A stretch of DNA of 64,000 nt, from the NCBI GenBank assembly GCA_030704615.1, contig CM060733.1, forward strand, positions 41,850,001 to 41,914,000, read 5' to 3'. This DNA comes from Takakia lepidozioides. Its lineage: Eukaryota > Plantae > Bryophyta. A program made the position numbers and the translations under genes. Positions 47,491 through 58,596 of this stretch are shown here, piece after piece. The first letter of the stretch is position 1. Every line of letters starts with the position of its first letter. Below the pieces are notes generated by a model. It made no database searches and was not told the DNA's origin. It worked only from the letters and a program-made list of their open reading frames with translations.

Positions 47491-48321
47491 CAATGGGTTG
47501 CATTGTTCCGAAACAACACAATTGCAGCCAGTCTTGATGAGCACAACTTGGTTGTCTGACCGTTTTAACCAGCAGTCCTGGCACTTGTCAGTGCGAACGT
47601 TCCTGTCTGCACCGAGAATACTGCTGGATCCACCCGGGGGTTGCTATTCCATGAGCTCATGAGCGGGCATGGCTCACCCATGAGCCGCAAAGTAACACAC
47701 TTCGAATTTCGGCAGATTTTTTTCAGGCCCAAAACTATAAAATAATCAAAAATCGAAGATTTCCGCGCTCATGCTGGAAGCACTCCGCTCATGAGTACCA
47801 GTGTTCGCTCATGACTTGGAGCCCAGGCTCATGGACCGCTAGGCCAGGTCATAGAAAAACTGAATTCTGGGCAATAACGGCACCGAAATTATCTCAGAGG
47901 CAGAGACGCAAGCGGAATTAGGATCCGGGTTTGCAGACTCCGAAAACGCAATGGCGACCTATAACCGTGGATAGTACTGCTGCAGAAGTGCATGATGGTT
48001 GGGTATAACGGCGCCGTAATTGGGCACAGGAAAAGAAATAGCCGGCTGAAGGCTCGGGAGTGAGGCCAACAACGGTGAAAGTAATTGGGCTCCACCAACC
48101 AAATACCCAGAGTGCAGGCGATAACGGCGCCGAAATGGGCCCCGAAAACCAAATACTCGGCTGAAGCTTCCGCACTCCATCCAATAACGGCGCCAAAATT
48201 GGGCTCCGGAGAGCAAATACCCGCCTTACGGTAAGGGAGGCCTTGCTCTCATTTTGCTCTTCGCTCTTCTCTGTTGTGCCCATCTCCTCCCTGCTTTGAG
48301 TTTGTGCTATGTCGTGAGGCC

Positions 48322-48873
48322 ATGTCGTGCCCGAATCACATCTATCGACGCCAGACGGGAGTCATTTTCCCGAAAGCACACGACATCATTGTTTTCCTGG
48401 ATGTTTACAGGGACGATCCTCGACTTGTCCAGCTGAGAGCAATGGAGTTTCTTCCAGGATTGCACGATTCTCCTGGACCCCGGCTGGAGAGCAGGTGGTT
48501 CCTACGCATCATGGACCTGGACTTTCCGCATGAGTGGGAGCTGAACAGATCACGCACAGCGTTGCTGTATCGCTGGAATTGTTGCAAGTGGACGTATGAT
48601 GAGTGCATAGGTGAAAACTTTACGCGTGGACGGACTGGCTCGGAAAGTGGGGACATTCTCTTCAGTTATGAGGATGAGGAGGAGGGGAACACAGGGCCCA
48701 CTGTGAAAATGTCCTTCTACCAAGGGGGCGCTATCGATAAACACGACATCCTCGTTAGTTTCAACCGGGCGACAGAAACCACTGACATTTTGTTCAAATA
48801 TAGGCACCCGGTCACTCAGGAGGTCCTTGAGAGGCCAGTTAGAGTTCCTTCTTCTTGGGCGAGGGGACCATAG
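48322..48873 (+). CDS. Hypothetical ~183-aa protein inside D3
   Basis: Open frame with ordinary globular composition; no recognised motif. Confidence 0.45.
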   Translation: MSCPNHIYRRQTGVIFPKAHDIIVFLDVYRDDPRLVQLRAMEFLPGLHDSPGPRLESRWFLRIMDLDFPHEWELNRSRTALLYRWNCCKWTYDECIGENFTRGRTGSESGDILFSYEDEEEGNTGPTVKMSFYQGGAIDKHDILVSFNRATETTDILFKYRHPVTQEVLERPVRVPSSWARGP

Positions 48874-49556
48874 GTCTTGCATGCTAGAGTAGACATGTTT
48901 CGACTCGCCGACACTCATGACACATACATTTTCATTCAGAAATCAAGCAGCTTCCCTGTGCCATATGGGGAATATACATGCTTGGATAATCTTCTGTTAA
49001 GGTTTTTTGCAATTCACTGCCAGTATGCTGGGACGTGTCCTTTGTCGTATGGATTGCTGTTTGCACAAGGTGCAGTATGCAAATGCTGGAATGTGCAGTA
49101 GGACCCTTCCCACTGGGACACAGAACTAGCAATCTTGTAAAGGCATCACATTTGCAGAACAGTAACAATGTATTTGTAGCAAATTGGAGTCTTCTCATAA
49201 AGGTGGACGAAAACGCCAGGATGGGCTGCGAAATCACTACAAATTGAATGAAGAGCAGTAACAAGGAAGCACTATGCAGTACATAGACCATAAACGGCGC
49301 TGAAATAGGCCTCAATGCCCGTTAATCTCCACACAATGTATGCTTTACTCGGATCCATTTGTAGACAACCAAAATAAAAAAAACATGCGCATGCCATTCA
49401 TGGCCAAAAACCACATTCTCATGTATTGCGGCACCGAAATTCACATGTAGCCATGGCGATGCGGCACCACCAAGTGTATAATTCCTCACAAAAAAATAGG
49501 GTGCAAGAAGATGAATGTAATATAATTGCCACTTTCTCCTTCCCGAATGTGGAATG

Positions 49557-49976
49557 TCAAGCAGTCTGACCAGTGTCCTGCCGTAGGGCCTTGTGCAGCT
49601 CGTTGAAACTCAGTGTTGGAGCATGGATGAAGACGTCCACTGCGGATATGCAACTCATGCGCTTCAGAAAAATGTAATAAAGGTGTTTGCAGGGGACGTA
49701 TGCTGCATTCTTCGATTCCATAACAAGGAAGTCCTCACAGTTGCAAGCTGGGTACTGTGAAACCGTGATTGTATACACGACACTGCGCGCAGCAGACCCG
49801 GCTGTTGACAACTGAAATATGCGCCCCATCCTGGGGTGAGGAACATCCCTGCAACCTTGCACTATGCAGGGCATTGCAAGAGCGTTGGCCATCTTGGTGT
49901 CGTTCGCCTTTGTTGGTGGCCGTCGTCTTTTCAATTTTCCCCACCGATGGGTGGGCCAAGCTGCGGGGTCACCCAC
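49557..49976 (-). pseudogene. SWIM-containing C-terminus homologous to the D1 transposase
   Basis: WPTHRWGKLKRRRPPT..YTITVSQYPACNCEDF..VPCKHLYYIFLKRM..FIHAPTLSFNEL aligns to the D1 C-terminus. Confidence 0.8.
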
Positions 49977-50349
49977 CGGTATGCGGGGCGAAGAGCTTCT
50001 CGTGGGAGGAGGATGACGACTGGGAATTGGATTTCGTGGAACGTATTTTAGCTTTCAGAGAATCAGGATGGAAGTACACGTTTACCCAAACACGGGAGTC
50101 CATATTGAAGACGGGACCTCTCGGTACACTCCGCAGCGAAGTCCTGCAGTGAGAAGAGTGTGTCCTACCTAATAACACAAATGATTTTCTGGAGGATTCC
50201 GCATCCAACAGGATGGGTGATCGGTGCACGTAAAGATGAAGGTATGTAACGTACGTTACAAAAACGGACGACAACAGCAAGTTCACATCGGATATTTGGT
50301 GCCTGAATTGTAATGTACAACCACTTGGGCTACAATAAATCAGGCCTTC

Positions 50350-52155
50350 CCATGAATTTCGGCACCGAAATCTGGATGAACATCTCTGTCATGTAACAAC
50401 TTTGGAAGCCAGGGGATGAATTCCGGCGACAGAAATAGTAATTTGTTCACCTCATGAAACTAACCAAGCACCCAACGGATGGATTTCGGTGCCGAAATTC
50501 GGATGAACATCTTCTTCATCAAATTGTTTCTGCACATGAGGGTTGAATTTGGATGCCAAAATACGGATGAATGTGCTCCTGATTACAGTCGTGATTCACC
50601 ACGTGTCCGGATATCGGTGCTGACATCCGAATGACAATAATCCTGAATCGGCAGAATGGATGTATTTCGGCCCCGAAATTCATTCTTCATCTCCTTTTCT
50701 GACCCTAATTCTGCTGCCCTGCGTATGGATTTCAGTGCCAAATTCATCTGATTTTTTTTATTTTTTATTTTCTTTATTTTTCTTTGCGACAGATGAACTT
50801 CGGCGCCGAATCTCATCCAAGTCCTCCCGAAATTTTTTTTTCTTCGCGAGCAATGAATTTCGGCGCCGAAATTCATCCGAAGTCCTCCCGAAATTTTTTT
50901 TTTCTTCGCGAGCAATGAATTTCGGCGCCGAAATTCATCCGAAGTCCTCCCGAATTTTTTTTTTCTTCGGGAGCAATGAATTTCGGCGCCGAAATTCATC
51001 CAAAGTCCTCCCGAAAATTTTTTTTTTCTTCGCGAGCAATGAATTTCGGCGCCGAAATTCATCCGAAGTCCTCCCGAATTATTTTTTTTCTTTGCGAGCA
51101 ATGAATTTCGGCGCCAACATTCATCCGAAGTCCTCCCAAAAAAAAAAAAAAAATTTCGCGAGCAATGAATTTCGGCGCCGAAATTCAACCGACTCCATCC
51201 CTCCAAATTCTTTTCAGGGTTTGAGCGCCGGATTTTGGCGCCGAAATTCATCCAATGCCCTCCCTCCAATATTTATTTTTCTTTGAAATGGATGAATTTC
51301 GGCGCCGAAATTCATCCTTACTGTCCACAATGAGTAACTCTAATATTACATTTTCTATGCGACGGATGAATTTTGGCGCCGAAATTCGTCCAAACCTTAC
51401 ACTTACTATTTGCTTCTAGATGATATAATTTTCGGTAAATCGTTGGAAATACCCCGTTCCGACGAAGATAACAGGAATATTCTGCATTTAATGGAGAAAT
51501 CGGCATATTGAACCCCTTCTGTCAAAATTAATTGCATTTTAGCCGTTTTTTTCCTTTGAAACCGACAGTATCCATTAAGTGATCTTTTTCGCACGGGACG
51601 TTGCCGCACATAAAGTATAATTTCGGCGCCGAAATTATAGTTAAATGTCCACAAATGGCAAGGACAGCATCCGTCAGGGGCAATGATGGCGGCAAAGCAT
51701 AGCATGGTGCCGATTTAGTCTTCGCTCTGGATGAATTTCGGCGCCGAAATATGGATGATTTCACCTCGTCTACGCGCGGACGGAGATATTCGTAATGAAT
51801 TTCGGCGCCGAAATATGGATGAAATGTGCCCAAGTGCAGCCGTTTCCACTGTCCCGGAATTAATTCCGGCTCCGATATCCCACTGACAGGTTTGCTCATG
51901 ACGAATGAGGACTTGGGAAGCGATGAATTGTGGCGCCGAAATTTGTAAGTTTGTGTACGAAAGCACTTGAATAGGATGAATTTTGGCGCCGAAATTCATC
52001 CGTCCGCTGATGAAACGTACCGACCTGACTGTTGAATGTCATAGGCAGGGGATTTTCATGGCGGTTGGGTTTCATGATGTGCAGATATTTCATTCAATGT
52101 CGGCTGCTCCGGGAACAGCATCCGGTGAACGGAAGGTATTTCGGTGCCGCAATTC
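50350..52155. repeat. Array of ATGAATTTCGGCGCCGAAATTCAT palindromes, period mostly 60-65 bp, with a homogenised tandem core at 50790-51190
   Basis: Directly visible; more than 20 copies. Confidence 0.92.
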
Positions 52156-52665
52156 GGATAAACCGTCTTGTACTGGTGGCTGGAACTGGCACGCGTCGTG
52201 TTCCAGTCGACTTCATCCGTGCGAACGTGTCAGGGGTCACAATCTCTTCATCACTCATACGGCAGAAAGTGGTGGACGGTGGCAACGCTTCGGGAGACGT
52301 GGCTGCTTACACATCTGCTCGTGCATAGTGGTTGCATGTTCCACCGATTCGCTCTCTCGCTCCTTGCCCTTCTGCAGTGACATTCTCTTGCGTTTCCTCT
52401 CCTTATGCGGCATAGTGGTAGCATAGAGTTTGTGGAAGGTCAGGCAACTCCGGCAAAGAGAAGGAGGACGTGGGATTTTGGGAAGCCGCCGACGACACGA
52501 CTTAAGCTCCGTCTCATGCATGAAATGCAGACCTCGTTATCCGGAGACTCGGATCGCCCACCAGTGAGAGATTCGTGCTTTGCGGACATGAAGCACTCCA
52601 TGCGCAATATTCCTTTTACACCTTTTTTTTTGCGTGCAGTGTCTCATGTTTTCCTGTTTGTTTGA

Positions 52666-53330
52666 CATGGGAGCTGGGGAGGGATCGCAGGGGGGCGAAG
52701 CAACACAGTCAACTTTGGATACTCCTACCCAGGTGCTGCGGTCGCAAGGTGGAAGTGCATCGAGGCAGGCGAGTCCTCATTCAACACCTCAGATATCGCC
52801 TCAGAAAAGCCCACCTAGAGTTCGGAAGTCGAGGAAGCAGAAGGAGCCCATGGCTTCGCCAGTAAAACCCCTAGGGAGACTGGAAGCGGAGATATTGGGT
52901 TTGCAGTCAATTTCAAAAAACACGAATGCGGTGGAGGCCGCTGGAGATGTGGGAGTTGGATCTGCAGAAGGGCGGCCCATTGAGCTGACAGAAGGAGAGG
53001 ACGACAACGTGGTACGACTTGGCGACGATCAGAACCTGCTGGAGCTTGCGGAGAAGCAAAACCTCCAGGACATTTCCTTCTCTGCAGACTCTTATCTTTC
53101 AGGCATTTTGCTTCGTGAAGAAACATTAGAAATTCAAATTACATGAAACAGGAAGACTTGTTGATTCCACAGTTGATCCACTGGAGTATAACGTCCTGTT
53201 CAACCATGTGGGAGAGAAGGACATTCTTTGTGATTTGTCGGGCAAGCCATGGAGGTATGGCAGGACCAGGAGTCCTGCATTCATCCCAGACGCTCATGGA
53301 AACATGTACGGATGTTGAAGGCAGGGTCCT
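52666..53330 (+). pseudogene. Remnant of the D3 ParB-MTase gene (low-complexity N-terminus joined to the MTase C-terminal exon)
   Basis: 53172-53330 reads VDPLEYNVLFNHV..KPWRYGRTRSPAFI(fs)QTLMETCTDVEGRV, matching D1 exon 7. Confidence 0.75.
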
Positions 53331-54323
53331 TGTCGCGCGGCTTTTACTCACCCATCCCTTCGCTATCTGAGGCGGAAACTCCAAGATAGAAGAGTTGGAA
53401 ATCTCTAAGTACTCAGCCCGCGCAGAACAATCAGTCATGACCTACAGCTAGTGTATCATGGGGGTGTTTCCTATTTGTTTCCCTTTCCGCATTCATCTTA
53501 GCTACCTTACCATTGATAATTAAGTATCAGTTTGCTTCACTCATCCATTCAATCCACAGCTTCACTCAGATCTCTCTACACAGTGTGATTGTATCGTATA
53601 AGTATCAGATTATGATTTATCAGGTATCAGGCCGAAGCCATTGTGTCTCTAATCTGCTCTACAATATCACTACAGCTTTGCATATAACAAGCATCTACTA
53701 ATCCTCTTTCCTCCTTCACCGTGCTCTCCATCTTTGCTTCCGATCTCCGCTCCAGCCTGACTAAGAAGTCATCCTCCGAATAATGATCAAAATCCCCCCC
53801 TTCATTCCCCGTTTTCCCTTTTATCTTCCTATCCGCAGTTCTAACCGTTTCCCTCACTAACCGTCGTCTGTGAACTAACATGTTCCCTTCGCAGGTGTTG
53901 TTCCCCACAGTCGTTCCCTGTCCTACTCTTCGTTCCCTATGATCGTGACAGCTGTGTCAAGCTGTGACTGGCTGTGTGAAACTGTGACGGGCTGTGACTG
54001 GCTGTGCGACTGTGTTTGGCTGTGTCGGGCTGTGACTGGCTGTGTCGGCTGTGTCGGCTGTGTCGACTGTGTCGGCTGTGTTGGCTGTGTTGGTTGTGAC
54101 GACTGTGACGGGCTGTGTTGGCTGTGTGGGCTGTGACGGCTGTGTGGGCTGTGACGACTGTGTAACCCCCCTCTACAGTGCGCTGCTGTCACCCCTAAGG
54201 CTCCTGTTGGTCTCAGTCTGTGCAAAATTTAAGGGTACCCTACAGATCCCGTATAAGTGTCTAAGTCCCCTACAGTCCTCTAACATTACCCCTTCCCCCC
54301 TCAAAAAGCCGTGTCCTCACGGT

Positions 54324-57300
54324 TTACTGTTTCCGAGTAGCAAACCTTTGTGAGTGAGCACCTTGTTGACGTTGAGAGTTTCGTGGCGGACTGTGTGTAC
54401 GAGCCCGAGGTCTGTCTCTGGTTGACGGAGATGGTTGATCACTACCTGGATAAGTGAGGCCCTCTGGAGGCTGATATCGAGGTAACCTTTCCGGCATAGG
54501 AGACCCCCGTCGCTTCTTTTCTGCCATCTGAATTGCATAGTCTTCTCCCATGTCAAAAGAATTCTGTGAAGAAACAGTTGTATCAGAATCCTCATCACCT
54601 CTCAGATGTTTTAATTTTCGAACCTTTTGTGGAATCATCTGGGGCATACAATGCTGTCCTACCATGTCTGGAAGTTTGCATTTTACAACTTGGTGTAACC
54701 GCTGAACAGCAAAATTGGTGTAGACACTGAGCTCCTTGTCTGTCCAGGTGAGTGGGGTACCAATTACTGGTGCAGCGTGCAAGTACTTCCATGCCACATG
54801 TCCCTTATAGAAAATGTCATCAATGCCGAATTTCTGTGTTGACAAATGGTTGCAGGCAGCTTGAAACCATGAACGAATTTGAGAATCCTTTTGCATCATA
54901 ACTTTTGGGTCATATAGGTACATATGAGGTGGCACCAAAGGTAATACCCAATGATCTCCACTGGAATAACTTTGAAAGCGTGTTTGCATCTTTTGTTGCT
55001 CAATGTGGTAACGTACCAGAAAACAAGCAGCGTAGTATAACCCGCACCCCATGACAATACTTGCTATCTCCTTGGTCTTGGTATAAATGAGTCCATGTAC
55101 AACCTGGAAAGCAACCAATTCCCTCAACATGGTACCTGCCTCGTGCCAGTATTGTGCAAAGTGATGATCTTCAATATGTCGATTGTTTGGAAGAACTTTA
55201 GTCCTAGTTGCCACTGGCAGCCAAATACGCATGATTTGGTAGTAATGTGCGAATGACTGTGGAGGACTAAATTCTTTCCAAGCCAAATCCAACATGATGG
55301 GAATTTGGTTGAAGGGCATAAGCATAGCCCTGCTGTACTCCCTTGCAGCTGGAGTTTTAGGTGGGTTAAAAGCGGCATTGCCCCATACCTCCGACTGTGG
55401 TGGCTGTGGTGTGGTTGTAGTAACCATAGGTCTCAGCTACTGGTACAGTGACTTGTTGTGGTGGTGGTGGTACTGGCTCTTGTATCATTGGCATCTCCTG
55501 CACCTCCTGTGAAGACTGAAAAGCCAAAGTTCTGGCTTGTAAATAAGAAGCCATTAGCTGTTCCGGAGGGATATAGACTCTTTGGTCGATGTTTGAAGTG
55601 AGTTCTTCGACTTGAGTCTGGAGTCCGTCTACATCCTCTTGTAACTCTGCTATCCTACTATAGACATTGTCTATAGTAGTTGTGGCAATGTTCTGCACCT
55701 GCAGCCTGAGCTCATTCATCTCGCTTTGGGTGAGCTTCCGTGGGGCTTTGCCCTCTACTGGCCCTTGTGCTAACCAGACCTGCATAAGGCTGTTATCCAC
55801 CAAGCTGCTTGTGGTTCCCCTGAGAGTTTGATCCTCTCTTAGCTTGTACAATTCCAACTGCTGTTGTAAAGCCTCCATGCGCTTCGCTTGTGGTTCAACC
55901 AATTGCGCATAAGCAGCAAGTAGATTATTGGCTTCCTTCCAAGCCTTGTTACTGACCGCGATTTCATTTCTATTGGCCATGATGGTTTGTTGCAACTCCA
56001 CGATGTGTTTCTCTTGATCAGCTTCCATCTGCCTGTATTGCTTGAAAGTATCTTCATTGCGACAGATTGTATTATTCATATCGACAATGAGCTTCATTTG
56101 CTCAACATTCTCTTCTTCTGCCTTCGTACATTTTTCCGCTTGACTGTTTATTTCTTTTGTAGATTGGTCAAGCATAGTTGTGAATGTAGCACATTGTATT
56201 GCCATCCTGTTATGCACTGTCTGCAACTCCGTATGTAGTGCATTCAGTTCTTGCAACTTGCTTTCATGCTGCACCTGCATTTGGTATAGCTGTTGCTTAT
56301 GTGCTTCGTGCAACTGGTCTTGCGCGAGGCCTGCCTCAATCAATTGTTGCCTGGCCAATTGCAAAGCCATTTCTGTATTTCCCAAGTCCTGTTTCATCTT
56401 GAGAGTGACCTCTTCATCGACCTTGTTTGCACACTCAGTGGCAAGTCGAGCCTCAAACTCCTTCCTGAGTTCCTCTCTCAAGGCTGTCAATTGGGTAATT
56501 GGAACATGGGATTTGACATAAGTCCCCAATAAATTAAGTGTCCTGCCTATGGAACTCATCAGCATTGCCTGTTGAGGGTCATCATGGTGAGGTTGCTGTT
56601 GTTCCTCCTGATCTTCAACAGTATGATGTCTCACTAACCATTCAGGCCATTGTCCCACCGGATTTTCTTCCTGAACTACTTCATCTATCACCGGTGCTAC
56701 AGTGTCATGACCTTCCGCCTGTGGTACCTCCGACACAGGTGTGTGTACTATATGCACCTCAGGATTTCCCTTGGGCAACTGTTGCACCTCTGGGATTTCT
56801 GTCTCCTTGACCAGACCAGAATATTCATAGAGAAGGTCCCCTTTCTCTATTTCTGCCACTATCTGTTCTGTAGTTGGAATATCTATCCCTTCACTTTCCA
56901 AATCAATTATTTCGGGTTGAGCTGCATGGATAACTTGTGACCTTGTGACAAGTCGTTCAAGTGGCTGTGATGGTTGTGATGCAGAAGTAACTTCCTCCTC
57001 CCTCTCTGAAGGTCCTGCTTCCAGTAATAGCATTTCTCTGTGCTGCTGTGCCCCTTCCTGGCCATGAGCTTGGGAAACATTATCATGCGGAATCCGTGAA
57101 GCCAGTGGATCCGCCACTACAGTCTTTCCCCTTCTCTGCCTCTTAGTCTCGGGTTGTGCTGCTAGTCCACCCTCACTGTGTGAAGAGCCTTGCTCTTCCA
57201 TTGCAGTTGTTTCTGGCTCAAACACTCCCATTTCCTTTCTTTCTTGTGCATTAAGTATGCCAGAATCAAGGATTATTTGAGCAATGATTGGGCCAGACAC

Positions 57301-58596
57301 TATGATAGGAGACTTTGCGGTAGTACCTTGTAATCTTTTCATCTCCTCTACCAGTGCGTTGTACATTATGTCCGCCCATTGTACCTCTTGTCCCTTCAGG
57401 CCTTTGAGTATTTCCTCTGTGAAGGATCTGCTCAAATACTGTTGGTTCTGTTTCAGGGCAATCAGAACGTTCAATACCTGTCCTATCTCTTTTAACCCTG
57501 GGTACACAGCTTTGGTACAAGCATAACCCTGAGTTTTAAAGAAACTCCCTTCTTGGAATAAGTCCCCTATTTGCAGTCTTGCTCTGTGTTGCTCCACATG
57601 CACCTGACCTGCTGGCAATCGAAACAATTGCTGGAGGTATAGGGGAGTAATCATTAATTCAACTCCCTTCACCGTTGTTGTTCGTGTCCTTGGCTCAAAG
57701 TTCTGCAAAAATTGTAACATGTACTGTCTATGGTGTAGTGTCCAATCTAGGCTTTGCAATCCTTCCAATCTCAGCTCCTCCAGTATCTTTATCGCCTGTG
57801 GGGTAGCCATCGTTTGTTTCTGCAGAATTGTGGTGCTCTTCACCCTGATTTCCTCCATTCCTCTCACTCTCTTCATTTTAGACTCACAGAAGTGTTTTGG
57901 CTGTAACAACTGCAGGAATGCCTGTAGTGCACAAAGCATAAACGTATGATTGCCGCAGAAAGCTATGGGTAATTTCTTGTAAGCCTGCGGGGCTTGCAAG
58001 CATCGCTCAAGAGAAAAGCTCCGCTCTGTCCTTTCGTGTCTATGCCACTGCGTAAGTAATATTGCGAGCGTATAGTCTGTTAGTTCCTCCATAGTTTCCA
58101 AGTTATAGCATTTATGGCCTGTCCTGTCGAGACGCCCGTTACTCAGAACGACGCCGCCTCTTGCGCTCAATTTCCCTCCATTTTCTTGATCATTTCTCTG
58201 GTTTTCTATTGGCTGTATCCGCTGTGACTGGATTTTAGATTTTATCTTCTTTAGTGGACTTTCCCTGTTGGATAGTCCACTAGGATCACACATGTGACAA
58301 GAATTCCGCTTTTCTGTACTTGCCGTTCGTTCCGTTTCCCTTTTTCCGTACTCATTAATGGGCCCGCCTTTCATCCCTTTTGACGGCCGTTCTTGTCCTC
58401 TTTCTTTTTGACACCTGTCCTTGCACTTCATTGTTGGCTGTGTGTCGCGCCCTGACCTCCACGTGTCTATTTTTAAAGTAATTTCCGTTTTTTCTTCCTT
58501 CAGCCATTTTCCTGAAGTTATTATGTGTCCACTTGTCACTGATTCTATGGATCGTGTAACTAGTAGGCTGTGTTGAGTTGTGACAGGCTGTGTCAT
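54324..58596 (-). pseudogene. 3' extra ORF of A5 with one frameshift near 55425
   Basis: ORFs 55366..58596 and 54324..55427 together match the A3 protein. Confidence 0.85.

Larger units (their letters stand above)
37400..47635 (-). mobile_element. Diverged D-family element D2 (methyltransferase-side end, ParB-MTase pseudogene, palindrome array); its transposase is not in view
   Basis: End gggatgcctcggcgtgagc..cacgtgagcgcg resembles the D1 end; homologous MTase gene; right limit approximate. Confidence 0.65.
47636..53330. mobile_element. Internally deleted D-family element D3 (end, orphan ORF, SWIM remnant, palindrome array, MTase remnant)
   Basis: Same divergent layout as D1; CATGAGC palindromes at 47650-47835; left limit approximate. 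Confidence 0.65.
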
